Origin: Candidatus Altiarchaeales archaeon
GTDB lineage: Archaea > Altiarchaeota > Altiarchaeia > IMC4 > QMZM01
DNA: 64,000 nucleotides
Assembly (NCBI GenBank): GCA_963749405.1
Contig: CAVVMY010000016.1
Location: 16,414-80,413 of the forward strand
Direction: 5' to 3'
Shown here: in pieces, positions 36,495 to 46,734 of the stretch
Layout: every line of letters begins with the position of its first letter
Numbering within the stretch: position 1 is the first letter of the stretch
Program-made: the position numbers and the translations under genes
Notes under the pieces: generated by a model
Told to the model about the DNA's origin: nothing
The model's database searches: none
Seen by the model: only the letters and a program-made list of their open reading frames with translations

Positions 36495-38768
36495 ATGCAC
36501 GTCACTCATCCCCTGATAAAGCCGGAGACGCTTATACTCAGGAAGTATCAGGAGACCATCTTTTCCCGGGCTGTCGACGGAAACACCCTGGTGGTTTTGC
36601 CTACCGGCCTTGGAAAGACAATAGTTGCTGCGATGCTCGCAGCCCACAGGCTTTATTCTTTCCCGGATTCCAAGGTCTTGTTCCTTGCGCCTACGAGGCC
36701 TCTCGCAGTGCAGCACCATAACACCTTCCAGAAGGTACTGAACCAGGAAGCCATGGTAACATTGACAGGCATGGACGCAGTAGAGGACAGAAAAAAACTA
36801 TGGCAGGACAACAAAGTGATATTCGCAACGCCCCAGACCATCGAGAACGACATCATGCGGGGCCGAAACATAAGCGACGTATCACTTATAATATTCGACG
36901 AATGCCACCGCTGCGTCGGCGACTATTCCTACGTATTCATCGCCGACGAATACATGAAGAAGGCCGCAAATCCACTTATACTGGGACTAACCGCCTCACC
37001 GGGTGGCGAACAGGAAACAGTCAAAGAGATATGCAAAAACCTCTACATCAACAGAGTGGAAGCCAGAACCGAACAGGACAACGACGTTACCCCATACATA
37101 CAGGAAACCACCGTCTCCTGGGTCAAACTGGCGCTGCCAGAGGAATTCAAAAAAATCCGGGCACCCATCGAAGACCTCCTACGACAAGACCTACGCGCGC
37201 TCAAAGACCGAGGCTTCCTGGAAAGCGCCGATCTGGGCAAAGTCAATAAGAGAGCCCTTCTGGAGATGCAAGCATCCGTAAGGAAAGACATAACATCCGG
37301 CACTGCCGACGGAAACGATGCCTTTGCCGCGGTCTCGCTTGCAGCAAGCGCCTTGAAGATCAACCATGCACTTGAATTGCTTGAGACGCAGGGCATATCG
37401 GCGCTTGACAGCTACCTGGAGAGGCTGCGGAAGCAGAAGTCCAAGGCTATTCGCAGGCTTTTTGCAGATGAGAGGATGACCGCGCTTTCGAAGAATGTGC
37501 ACGACTTGAATGTGATGGGCTTCGACCATCCCAAACTGGATGAACTGGTCAAAATCGTTAAAGCCAATGCCGGAAAGAAGGTGATGGTATTTACCCAGTA
37601 CCGGGACTCTGTGAATAAGATCGTAGAAAGGCTCAATGGAAATGACATATTAGCCAGGGAATTCATAGGCCAAGCCCGGAAAGACGATAAAAAAGGCATG
37701 AGCCAGAAGGAACAGATAAAGGCGCTGGAAGACTTCCGGGCAGGCAAATACAATGTCCTTGCAGCAACGTCGGTTGCTGAGGAAGGCCTGGACATTCCAG
37801 CAGTAGACCTGGTAATATTCTACGAGCCCATACCCTCAGAGATCCGTTCCATCCAGAGGAGGGGCCGTACCGGCAGGAGCGGGGCAGGCATGGTCGTGGT
37901 CTTGATGGCCAAGGAAACCAGGGATGAGGCATACTACTGGGCGGCTTTCCGTAAGGAGAAACAGATGCGAAAGGTTGTAAAGGATATGAGGGACAAGCCA
38001 GATAACAGCCTTGATAAGGCCGATAATTCAACGACCGGGGAGTCTGGTCAGCAGAGTTTAATAAATTTTGTTGACGGCATCCAGGAAAAAAGCGAAACAG
38101 AAAGGAAAATGAAAATCTTTGTTGATGCGCGAGAGAAATGCACCGAGATATTAAAAATACTGAGAGAAAATGCGGAAATAGACGTCAAAACCCTCGCTGT
38201 GGGTGATTACATCCTAAGCGACCGTGTCTGCGTGGAAAGAAAGACTATAAACGACTTCCTGAGTTCTTTGATAGATAAAAGGCTTTTTTCCCAGGCCTCA
38301 GACCTTTCCCGGAACTTCGAAAAGCCGGTTATGATAATCGAAGGAAAAGAAGACATATACGCTCTGAGAGGGATCAACGCTAACGCCATACGAGGCGCAA
38401 TTACGTCGCTTGCCCTCGACTTCAGAATCTCAATAATCTTTTCCAGAGACGAAGAGGATACTGCAGCTTTCCTTTGCATGATAGCCAAAAGAGAGCAGGA
38501 AGAGGAGAATAGGCCTTTTTCACTGCACGGCGAAAAGAGGCTACTCACCCTTGAAGAAAAACAGATCTATGTCATAGAGTCCCTGCCGAACGTTTCCTCT
38601 GTGCTTGCCAGAAGGCTGCTTGAGCGCTTCGGAAGCGTCCATAATATCATGAACACGTCACGCAAGGAACTAATGGATGTAGCAGGAATAGGCGGGACAA
38701 AAGCCGACGAGATAATGGATACCATCAGGAGCAGATTCGGCCAAGGAGGCGCAGAACATAAGCCATAA
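36495..38768 (+). CDS. hef: Hef (helicase-associated endonuclease for fork-structured DNA; FANCM/XPF family)
   Basis: N-terminal DExH helicase (LPTGLGKT, DECHR), then ERCC4 nuclease domain (GDYILSDRVCVERKTINDF), then C-terminal HhH2 (LPNVSSVLARRLLERFGSVHNI...VAGIGGTKADEI). Confidence 0.85.
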   Translation: MHVTHPLIKPETLILRKYQETIFSRAVDGNTLVVLPTGLGKTIVAAMLAAHRLYSFPDSKVLFLAPTRPLAVQHHNTFQKVLNQEAMVTLTGMDAVEDRKKLWQDNKVIFATPQTIENDIMRGRNISDVSLIIFDECHRCVGDYSYVFIADEYMKKAANPLILGLTASPGGEQETVKEICKNLYINRVEARTEQDNDVTPYIQETTVSWVKLALPEEFKKIRAPIEDLLRQDLRALKDRGFLESADLGKVNKRALLEMQASVRKDITSGTADGNDAFAAVSLAASALKINHALELLETQGISALDSYLERLRKQKSKAIRRLFADERMTALSKNVHDLNVMGFDHPKLDELVKIVKANAGKKVMVFTQYRDSVNKIVERLNGNDILAREFIGQARKDDKKGMSQKEQIKALEDFRAGKYNVLAATSVAEEGLDIPAVDLVIFYEPIPSEIRSIQRRGRTGRSGAGMVVVLMAKETRDEAYYWAAFRKEKQMRKVVKDMRDKPDNSLDKADNSTTGESGQQSLINFVDGIQEKSETERKMKIFVDAREKCTEILKILRENAEIDVKTLAVGDYILSDRVCVERKTINDFLSSLIDKRLFSQASDLSRNFEKPVMIIEGKEDIYALRGINANAIRGAITSLALDFRISIIFSRDEEDTAAFLCMIAKREQEEENRPFSLHGEKRLLTLEEKQIYVIESLPNVSSVLARRLLERFGSVHNIMNTSRKELMDVAGIGGTKADEIMDTIRSRFGQGGAEHKP

Positions 38769-38853
38769 GGTTATTAAGTCGTATTATTAATAAGTTTAAC
38801 AAAGATATATAGATTTATACCGACCATTCTTCTGAAAAAAATAACCCCACAAA

Positions 38854-40548
38854 ATGCCCGGAGACCCCCAGTTAAAGGACGCAGAACCGGAAAATATTTC
38901 CGACAGAGAAAAGCTTCTGCGGGACAAGGAAAAGGCGCTGGAGGACGAGGAAAAAGACCTCGAACTGTTCTTCGGCGACGAATTCTCCATGAAGCGCAAA
39001 CAGGAAGACATCAAGAAGCGCAGCGAAGAACTTGTCAAAAACTGGGAACAGATGAGAAAAAAAGAGGCAGAACTAATAGAGCGGGAAAAGAAGATAACAG
39101 AAAAAGAGGAATACCAGAAAAACAAGGAAAAAACTTTAGCAGACCTTGATAAAAGAGAACAGGAAGTGTCCAAGGTATCATCAGGCCTAAGCGAGAGGGA
39201 GAGGATAGTTTCTGAAAAGGAAAAGACACTTAAAGAAAAAGAGGACACATTAAAAGAGCTTGAAAGCTGCCTTGAAGACATCGAAAAGAAAAAGACAGAA
39301 GCAGACAGCCTCACCCAGCAATTAACCGTACGGGAGACAGGAGTTACGGAGAAAGAGAGGATACTAAAGGATTTAGAATCCAACCTGAACTCCAGAAAAG
39401 ACGACCTGGACAAAAGAGACGCCGAAGTAAGCCGCCTTGAAAGAGAACTAAAAAAGAATCTCGAAGATTTTGAAAAGGCCAAGACAGACGTCGAGATGAG
39501 GCGCAGGGAAATCGAAGAAAAAGAAAAATATGTAAAAATAGGCGAGGACCTCAAAGACGCCGAAGAAAAGCTTGACTCCAGAAAAGAAGAACTAACCATG
39601 AAGGAGGCCAAGGTAGCCCGTATGAATGACGACCTGGACAAGAAGAGAAAGGCCCTCCAGGTAGTTGAAGAAGACCTTGTAGAAAGGAAGATAAAGATAG
39701 AAGACGAAGAAAGAAAGCTCAAGGTCATGAAAGACGGCCTCGAACAAAAAGCCAAAGAATTCGACTACATATTCAAAGAAGACGAAGAAAAACTAAAGAT
39801 AAAAATAGAAGAACTGGAAAAGTTCATGGGAACAAGCAGAGCCAAGCCCAGAACAGAAATAACAGACGACACACCTAGAAAGACAAAAATAGAAGAGAAA
39901 CCACCCATCCAAGAAACTACGAAACTAACCAAACAAACCATAGAGCCGCCACCAACACCCAAGCGGACCGTGAAAGAACCCATGCCCCAAGCAGATTTCG
40001 AATCACCGCAAAAATCCGCCAAAGAAGACGAAATAATCAGGAAACTAAAGGCAGAAAAAGAAGCAAAGGAAAAAGAAGTAGAGAGCCTGCGCCAGCAGGC
40101 AGACGAAATAAAGACCGTGGAAATAATGAAGGAGATGCCTCCCGAACACCCGACTGAAAAAGCCCCGGCACAGGAGAATAAGGAAGAAGACGTCAGACAG
40201 AAAGAATACGCCATGATGGACGCCATGGACAAAACCAAGGCCGAAGGAACAGAAAAAGGCCACGACGACCTCCTGAAACTGATGCAGAAAGACAAAAGAA
40301 TAAACGTAAAAACCGCGGCAAAGATAATGGGCGTAACAGAAGAAGTCATAAACCAATGGTCAAACGAACTGAAAGACCAAGGAATACTAAACGTCCACCC
40401 AAAATTCATGGGAGGAACAGAACTCGAACTAACAAAAGACGCGATAAGAAGACTCAAAGAACTGGAAGAAGAAGAAAAAGTCGCAAAAATCAAAAACGAA
40501 CTGGAAAGGATACGCGAAGAACAGAAGAAGATGAAAGGCTCATACTAA
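38854..40548 (+). CDS. long coiled-coil protein (E/K-rich heptads) with C-terminal helix-turn-helix-like domain
   Basis: 564 aa, about 450 aa of EKE/LKE repeats then RINVKTAAKIMGVTEEVINQWSNELKDQGILNV (wHTH-like). Confidence 0.5.
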   Translation: MPGDPQLKDAEPENISDREKLLRDKEKALEDEEKDLELFFGDEFSMKRKQEDIKKRSEELVKNWEQMRKKEAELIEREKKITEKEEYQKNKEKTLADLDKREQEVSKVSSGLSERERIVSEKEKTLKEKEDTLKELESCLEDIEKKKTEADSLTQQLTVRETGVTEKERILKDLESNLNSRKDDLDKRDAEVSRLERELKKNLEDFEKAKTDVEMRRREIEEKEKYVKIGEDLKDAEEKLDSRKEELTMKEAKVARMNDDLDKKRKALQVVEEDLVERKIKIEDEERKLKVMKDGLEQKAKEFDYIFKEDEEKLKIKIEELEKFMGTSRAKPRTEITDDTPRKTKIEEKPPIQETTKLTKQTIEPPPTPKRTVKEPMPQADFESPQKSAKEDEIIRKLKAEKEAKEKEVESLRQQADEIKTVEIMKEMPPEHPTEKAPAQENKEEDVRQKEYAMMDAMDKTKAEGTEKGHDDLLKLMQKDKRINVKTAAKIMGVTEEVINQWSNELKDQGILNVHPKFMGGTELELTKDAIRRLKELEEEEKVAKIKNELERIREEQKKMKGSY

Positions 40549-40590
40549 GCCCATTTCTGATTTTTCCCGCCCCGTTTCTTATAATCATAC

Positions 40591-41892
40591 ATGGCAGAGC
40601 AAGTCCTAGTCCTCAAGTCCGGATCATGCAGCTGGGCAAAATGCTGCTTCTGCGGATACGGCAGAACACCCGGAAAAGAGCCGACAACAGCCAAACTAAA
40701 GAAGGACTTTGACGCATTTTTTAATGACGTGCGCGCCGGCGACACAGTCAAGGTATTCGGCTCAGGGAGCTTCCTCGACACAAAACAGGTGCCCTTGGAC
40801 GCAAGGGCATATTTCATAGAAAAATGCCGCAGCACAGGCATAGAAAAACTATTCATAGAATCCAGGCCAGAATACATAAACGAAGCCGCACTAAAAGATT
40901 TTGACGGAATCAACCTCTCGGTAGCGATCGGCCTCGAAGTCGCAGACGACGTATTACTGGATAAGATAAACAAAGGATTCCACCTAAAAGACTATGATGA
41001 GGCCACGGCAAAGATACACAAATGCGGAGCAAAAGTGCGCACATACCTGCTCGCAAACCCGCCATACGCCAAAGACATAAAAAAGATCCTTGACAAATCC
41101 GTAGAATACGCGCTCATCCGCTCCGATACAATCGTCCTCATAAACCTGCTGCCCCATGGCAATACGCCGGTATTCAAGATGTGGCTGACAGGTACGTGGA
41201 ATTTTCTATCCCGCGAAGAATTTTACAAATTAACTGATAGCTGGAAAGACAACCCAAAAATAGAACTCGACGCCGAAACCTTCAGATTCATACCGAAATT
41301 CCCGGAACAACTTAAAGAACGGCTAAACGGTGTAGGCGAAGCCTTCCTCACACACCCGCACTTCGAAGTATGGCAGGACTACCTGCAAAGATGGTACACG
41401 CCGCCAGAAGAGAAGGACATACTATTATTCCTACCCTGCTCATACCAAAAACCATACTCACACTCCAAAACGCACCAAGGGATAATAGAAACCGCAAAGA
41501 AGACGGGCAAATACCAAAGAATACACCAGGTGATGATCAGCAACACCGGCCTCGTCCCAAGGAAATACGAAGACTGCTACCCCTTCAACGCATACGACTG
41601 GGACGAATCACTGGAGACAGAGGAGATAAAAAAGAGATACATAGAGGTAACAAAGACACGGATAAAGAGATATTTAACCTGCCACAGAAATAAGTACAGG
41701 ACCATCATCTGCTTCCTGAAATACAGCTCAGAAAGCTACCAGGCACTCGAAGCCGCATGCAGGGAACTTGGTATTCCAATGATAAACCTGCTCTCAAAAG
41801 AGACATATGAAAAAATCAGAAAAGAAGGAAAGCCGCTTCAGACAGACGCGGCTCTTAGCGATCTATACAACAATCTAACCAAGGAAACATGA
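40591..41892 (+). CDS. radical-SAM-like (CxxxxCxxC) protein fused to an uncharacterised C-terminal domain; possibly tRNA/archaeosine-modification related
   Basis: N-terminal CSWAKCCFCGY cluster and TIM-barrel-like radical SAM core features. The C-terminal 200 aa has conserved Cys/His. The functional call is tentative. Confidence 0.4.
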   Translation: MAEQVLVLKSGSCSWAKCCFCGYGRTPGKEPTTAKLKKDFDAFFNDVRAGDTVKVFGSGSFLDTKQVPLDARAYFIEKCRSTGIEKLFIESRPEYINEAALKDFDGINLSVAIGLEVADDVLLDKINKGFHLKDYDEATAKIHKCGAKVRTYLLANPPYAKDIKKILDKSVEYALIRSDTIVLINLLPHGNTPVFKMWLTGTWNFLSREEFYKLTDSWKDNPKIELDAETFRFIPKFPEQLKERLNGVGEAFLTHPHFEVWQDYLQRWYTPPEEKDILLFLPCSYQKPYSHSKTHQGIIETAKKTGKYQRIHQVMISNTGLVPRKYEDCYPFNAYDWDESLETEEIKKRYIEVTKTRIKRYLTCHRNKYRTIICFLKYSSESYQALEAACRELGIPMINLLSKETYEKIRKEGKPLQTDAALSDLYNNLTKET

Positions 41893-42614
41893 AAATAATC
41901 CCTGCGATCGACATAAAGGACGGAAAATGCACTCAGCTCGTAGGCGGCGTGGCCGACACTGCGAAATACTACGGAGACCCTGTGGATGCTGCGAATAAAT
42001 GGGTGGCCCTCGGCGCAGAAGTATTGCACGTGGTAGACCTGGACGCTGCGTTGGGAACGGGTAACAACCTGGAAAAAGTCCTTGAGATAAAGAAAGCTGC
42101 AAACGTGCCGATACACTACGGCGGCGGGGTGCGGGATTACGTATACTGCGAAAAGCTCATCAAGGAATATGACATAGACAGGATAGCAATCGGCACCCTG
42201 GCCATAAAAGACTACCTTGAGAGGGAAATAGACGGGATGCTGGAGATAAACAACTACCCAAAAAGCATACGGCAGCGCATAATAGTCTCCCTGGACTCCA
42301 GAGGAGGCAAAGTCGTCACACACGGCTGGAAAGAAAAAACAGAGATCGACGCAACCTCTTTGACGCGGGAATTCGAAAGCCTTGTGTGGGGTTTCCTCTA
42401 CACGGACGTTGACGTCGAAGGGCAGATGAGAGGCATAAACCTCAAGAGGACAGAGCGCATCATCAAGTCAACAAAGAACCCTGTGATAGCCTCAGGCGGC
42501 ATCTCTTCAACAAAGGACATAACGGACCTGAAGAGTATAGGCGCTTGGGGCGCAGTCCTCGGAAAAGCGCTGTACGAAGGAAAGATAGATTACAAAGAAG
42601 CGCTAAAATGCTGA
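41889..42614 (+). CDS. hisA: ProFAR isomerase HisA
   Basis: MKIIPAIDIKDGKCTQLVGG... with GGGVRD and GGISS phosphate-binding motifs. Confidence 0.85.
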   Translation: MKIIPAIDIKDGKCTQLVGGVADTAKYYGDPVDAANKWVALGAEVLHVVDLDAALGTGNNLEKVLEIKKAANVPIHYGGGVRDYVYCEKLIKEYDIDRIAIGTLAIKDYLEREIDGMLEINNYPKSIRQRIIVSLDSRGGKVVTHGWKEKTEIDATSLTREFESLVWGFLYTDVDVEGQMRGINLKRTERIIKSTKNPVIASGGISSTKDITDLKSIGAWGAVLGKALYEGKIDYKEALKC

Positions 42615-43360
42615 TAGACGTCCACGCCCACCTGGATTTTTCTCAATTTGACGCAGACAGAGACGCAGTAGTAGAACGGGCGAACGCGGAGGGAATCGTC
42701 ATAATAAACTCAGGGTTAGGCACTACAGGGATAAGAAAGACCCTGGAGCTGACAGAAAAATACGACAACGTCTACGCCACATTGGGCCTTACACCCACCG
42801 AACTCGGAGAAAAAGAGATCGATGCGTCGATAGAGCTCATAAGGCAGAACAGGGAGAAGATCATAGGAGTAGGCGAGGTCGGCCTTGATTATTATTGGGT
42901 GAAGGATGAGGAGAAAAGGAGGCAGGAGGCAGTTAACTTTCAAAGGTTCATAGAGCTGTCGCAGGAATTGCATCTTCCCCTGGTCATCCATTCAAGGGAT
43001 GCAGAAGAAGACCTGCTGAACATCCTGAAAGAAGAAAACATGCTGGCGCTCCTGCACTGTTTTGGCGGAGACGCAAAACAAGCGGCGGTGGCCGCGGCAG
43101 AAGGCCATCTCATATCTATACCTGCCAATCTCCAAAATTCAAAACAAAAGCAGTCGGTGGCAAAGGCCGTTCCGCTCGATTCGCTCGTCCTGGAAACAGA
43201 CGCCCCGTACCTTTCTCCCGTGCCGAAGACAAGAAACGAGCCAGTGAACATCAGGCAGACAGCCAAAAAGATAGCGGAGATAAAATGCGTGGATTACTCC
43301 GCAGTGGAAGATGCGACCACCAGGAACGCAAAAAGATTTTTCAACCTTACCGACCCTTGA
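42608..43360 (+). CDS. tatD: TatD-family metal-dependent hydrolase/DNase
   Basis: MLIDVHAHLDF... with His/Asp/Glu metal ligands (HCFGG, HSRD). Start is taken at the internal ATG and overlaps the hisA stop by 7 nt. Confidence 0.8.
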   Translation: MLIDVHAHLDFSQFDADRDAVVERANAEGIVIINSGLGTTGIRKTLELTEKYDNVYATLGLTPTELGEKEIDASIELIRQNREKIIGVGEVGLDYYWVKDEEKRRQEAVNFQRFIELSQELHLPLVIHSRDAEEDLLNILKEENMLALLHCFGGDAKQAAVAAAEGHLISIPANLQNSKQKQSVAKAVPLDSLVLETDAPYLSPVPKTRNEPVNIRQTAKKIAEIKCVDYSAVEDATTRNAKRFFNLTDP

Positions 43361-44378
43361 TGAAATACTCCGGGTGCCGCAGAACAAAAAGAGACAATAG
43401 ATAAGCTATAAGAGAGGACAGAAGCACTATCTCCACCCTCACGTCCAGGAACCGGGTCATAAGGAAATAGGCCAATACGAATAACATGGGCGGGATTATT
43501 TTCAGGACGCCGCCAATCTCCGCGGTCTCGCTTATGATATACGATACAGGCATTGCCGCAAGCAGCATGGCCGAGGATAACATGAGTATGAAAATTATCC
43601 ATTTCAGGCCCGCCAATGCAGGCTCTGTTATCTGGTTTCCATGCTCCCATAGCTGGGGCGCATACTCTATGACCAGTATTGCAGACAGTATGAAAAGCGC
43701 GATGCTAAACGCTTCCAGTTTGTTTTCCAGGAAGGAGTCGAATGCTCCGCTTATGTCTTTTGGGCTCGGCGCGCTCCCCAATGCGAATGAGAATTCAAGA
43801 TAGAGCAGCACGAGTATCGCGGGATTGGAAAGGTCAAGGAAGAGCAACTGGTCATAGAAGCGCGTGAGTATCAGATTTATCGTGGACAATATCCTGTCTG
43901 CGCTGCTTATGTCCACCATTCCCGGGCCCACGAGCCCCAGCTGGGGATGCGTGAGCGCCAAGTAGTTGAGTATGGCTATCAGGAAGATACCGCATCCAAA
44001 GAATGGCGCGATTCCTATGAGCAGGCTTCTTACAGACTGATGGCCGTCAGCCGGCTGGGCGTATTCGACATATCCCAAGACGCCGCCCTTCTGGGAGAAA
44101 TTAAAAAAGGATATCTTGGTTATGTCGCACCCCGTGACCTTTGCCATGAGCGCGTGCGAGGCTTCGTGGACGATCGTTCCAGGCGCTATCACCAGATTGA
44201 AGTATTTGCTCTTTAGGTTCGAGACAAGGTATGACTCGAGGAAATCGTTTAGCAGCACCTGCAAAGCAAAGAACGCGAATATCAATGACACGTAGTTTCT
44301 GATAGAAAAACTTTCCAGGAGATACCAGCAGACCGCTGCCAAGAGAGCAAAGAAAAGGGAGATGTGTATGTTCTTCAT
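43347..44378 (-). CDS. polytopic membrane protein with HExxH motif (putative intramembrane zinc metallopeptidase)
   Basis: 343 aa with multiple TM helices. HEASHALMAKVTG is in a hydrophobic context. Confidence 0.45.
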   Translation of the reverse strand: MKNIHISLFFALLAAVCWYLLESFSIRNYVSLIFAFFALQVLLNDFLESYLVSNLKSKYFNLVIAPGTIVHEASHALMAKVTGCDITKISFFNFSQKGGVLGYVEYAQPADGHQSVRSLLIGIAPFFGCGIFLIAILNYLALTHPQLGLVGPGMVDISSADRILSTINLILTRFYDQLLFLDLSNPAILVLLYLEFSFALGSAPSPKDISGAFDSFLENKLEAFSIALFILSAILVIEYAPQLWEHGNQITEPALAGLKWIIFILMLSSAMLLAAMPVSYIISETAEIGGVLKIIPPMLFVLAYFLMTRFLDVRVEIVLLSSLIAYLLSLFVLRHPEYFIKGR

Positions 44379-45070
44379 TTTGTTCCTGCAAACATTTTAA
44401 GGAGCTGCGACGGGCTCTTTACTACCGTGATGCCCTTGACTGATGCCATTTTTTCTGCGTTCTTGACGTCAAGGGGCCGGCATAGTATGCTTATCTCTTT
44501 TCCGAATTCTATTGCATTGCTTGCGCATGATGAGATGCATTTTAAGCATGCGTCGCATTTCATCAGGTCTATGTGCATGCCCTCTGACATGTAGATAGCA
44601 TCGTTCGGGCAGACCCTCATGGCTGTGCATGCGTTGCAGTTTGCGCATTTCTCCGCATCCAGGGTTACCGGAAGATGGGTCTTCTGCTTCTTTACTGCAT
44701 CCGTTGGTAGAACATATACAGGGACTTTGCATTTCCCGGCCTGTGCCACGATGTTTGAAACGAGCGAGTCGGATATGCCGTATGCTATCTTGGCCGATGT
44801 GTTGGCAGTGCATGGTGCTACGATCACTTTGTCATATTCTTTCCTGGAAAGCCTTCCCACAAGAGGAGAGCTTGCCCCCTGCTTCTCTTCGAGTACGATG
44901 TCCGGGTATTTTGTCTCTATCTCGGAAAGAAGGCCATACATGCGGCAGACTTCGTAGCCTGCCCTTGAAAAAACAAGCGTAACATGACCTGCCTGAGCAG
45001 ACCGATTCATCGCTTCCAGAGATTCCGACAGGAATTGCCCAGCGCCCGTTACGCACCATAGTATTTTCAT
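44375..45070 (-). CDS. HFCD-family flavoprotein fused to 2x[4Fe-4S] ferredoxin domain (DmrX/AfpA-like)
   Basis: N-terminal flavodoxin-like MKILWCVTGAGQ. C-terminal CANCNACTAMRVCP and CDACLKCISSCA. Confidence 0.6.
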   Translation of the reverse strand: MKILWCVTGAGQFLSESLEAMNRSAQAGHVTLVFSRAGYEVCRMYGLLSEIETKYPDIVLEEKQGASSPLVGRLSRKEYDKVIVAPCTANTSAKIAYGISDSLVSNIVAQAGKCKVPVYVLPTDAVKKQKTHLPVTLDAEKCANCNACTAMRVCPNDAIYMSEGMHIDLMKCDACLKCISSCASNAIEFGKEISILCRPLDVKNAEKMASVKGITVVKSPSQLLKMFAGTK

Positions 45071-45139
45071 CGCTGCTCGCAGAAGTTATATGTCCCTAAT
45101 TCTATATTTATTGTTCGCTCCATAATAAATGAGAAAAGA

Positions 45140-46543
45140 ATGCCAGACATAAAACCCGAATTCTGGGAAAAGATATGCGAAGTATCCAGGAACTTGGCCG
45201 ATGAAAATGATTTCCTGGTTGTAAGTCACCACGACGCAGACGGGGTCACAGCATGCGCAATAATTGTGGAACTGCTCACAAGCATGGGAAAGAAAACAGA
45301 GTACATGATCCTGAAACAATTAGACAGCACCACAGTCGCCAAAGTAAAGGAAAGGACCGGCAAGACCGTCGTTTTCACAGATATGGGCTCAGGACAGCAA
45401 TCTATCCTCAGGGATAACGGAATAGAAGGTTTCTACATAATAGACCATCACCCGCCGGAGGGTGAATACGTTAACCAGATAAACCCGCACTTCTACGGCT
45501 ACGACGGAGGATCCGAGATAAGCGCATCAGGCCTTTGCTACCTTACCGCAAAATCTCTCGGCGATACGCGCATGGCCCACATCGCAATGGTAGGAGCAGT
45601 AGGGGACATGCAGGACTCGGAAGGGGAGATGAAATCCTTAAACAGGCTTATAATGGAGGACGCAGCAAAACTGGGCCTCCTGAAGGTTAGAAAAGACCTC
45701 CGGCTCTTTGGAAGACAGTCGCGTCCACTGATACAGATGCTAACATACGCATCAGACCCCGTACTGCCCTGGCTCACAGGAGACGAAGCCGCATGCGCAG
45801 CATTCATAGAAAGCCTGCAAATTCCCCTGCGCGTAGACGACCGCTGGAGAAACTACGTAGACCTGAGCAGCGCAGAAAGAAACAAACTCATCTCAGCCCT
45901 TTACATGCACCTGCTCGACTACAACATACCCGAATATATCATACAGGGAATGATAGGCGACGTCTACACCCTACTGCACGAACAAAAAAGAACCGAGCTT
46001 CGCGACGCAAAAGAATACGCAAGCCTCCTAAACGCATGCGGCAGACAGGAAAGGCCGGAAATCGGGCTACAGGTATGCCTCGGCGACAGAGGAGAGAACT
46101 GGTACGAGGCAAGAACCATACTCAAAAGCTACAGGGAAGCGCTCGCAAAAGGCATAAGAGCCCTGAAAGAAAAAGGCATGGTGCAGGAGAAAGAAAACCT
46201 CTACTACTTCGACGCATGCGGCGACGTAGAAGAAAACATCGTAGGCGTAGTCGCAGGAATGGCCTACGGCGCAGGCATCATACGCGGCGACAAACCAGTC
46301 CTCGCATTCGCAGACGACAAAGACAACGCAGAAATGATGAAGGTCTCGGGCCGCGGGAACCGCAACCTGACAAGACGAGGCCTGAACCTCGGAGTCGCCC
46401 TGCGCGAGGAAAGCAGGAAATCAGGAGGCGAAGGAGGAGGACACGACATCGCAGCAGGGGCGAGGATCAAACGCGCGAACAAGGAAGAATTCCTGGCGAA
46501 TATGGATAGGAGGATAGGGGAGCAACTTGGTCGAAATAAGTGA
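45140..46543 (+). CDS. DHH-family phosphoesterase, archaeal RecJ/Cdc45-like (GAN) nuclease
   Basis: LVVSHHDADGVTA (DHH motif I) and later DHH/DHHA1-type motifs, 467 aa. Confidence 0.75.
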   Translation: MPDIKPEFWEKICEVSRNLADENDFLVVSHHDADGVTACAIIVELLTSMGKKTEYMILKQLDSTTVAKVKERTGKTVVFTDMGSGQQSILRDNGIEGFYIIDHHPPEGEYVNQINPHFYGYDGGSEISASGLCYLTAKSLGDTRMAHIAMVGAVGDMQDSEGEMKSLNRLIMEDAAKLGLLKVRKDLRLFGRQSRPLIQMLTYASDPVLPWLTGDEAACAAFIESLQIPLRVDDRWRNYVDLSSAERNKLISALYMHLLDYNIPEYIIQGMIGDVYTLLHEQKRTELRDAKEYASLLNACGRQERPEIGLQVCLGDRGENWYEARTILKSYREALAKGIRALKEKGMVQEKENLYYFDACGDVEENIVGVVAGMAYGAGIIRGDKPVLAFADDKDNAEMMKVSGRGNRNLTRRGLNLGVALREESRKSGGEGGGHDIAAGARIKRANKEEFLANMDRRIGEQLGRNK

Positions 46544-46551
46544 CCAATCAG

Positions 46552-46734
46552 TTATTTGCCCAGCGTCCTCTTCTTTCGAGCCTTGTAGTTCCTCAAGTCT
46601 TCGAGTTCGCCGTCATAATATTTGACAAGCCCGTCGTTCTTAGCGGCAAGGGCCTGCGCCCTCTTTAATTCGTGCAGTATTATCTGCTCGTCCAGGGATT
46701 CAATGCCCTTTTTTAGTCTTTTTTTGCGATTCAT
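46552..46734 (-). CDS. small coiled-coil hypothetical protein downstream of nucleotidyltransferase gene
   Basis: 60 aa ORF overlapping the upstream gene by 35 nt. Confidence 0.25.
   Translation of the reverse strand: MNRKKRLKKGIESLDEQIILHELKRAQALAAKNDGLVKYYDGELEDLRNYKARKKRTLGK

Noticed and set aside
36800-37281. Arg-rich ORFs (149 aa, 92 aa) inside hef
   Set aside because: Alternate-frame artefacts within a conserved helicase domain.
38796-39755. 319 aa Ser/Phe-rich ORF (and 39765-40493) antisense to the coiled-coil gene
   Set aside because: Low-complexity antisense shadow of the EKE-repeat coding sequence.
45793-46509. 238 aa Arg-rich ORF inside the RecJ-like gene (plus frame)
   Set aside because: Alternate-frame low-complexity translation. 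The DHH-family frame is conserved.
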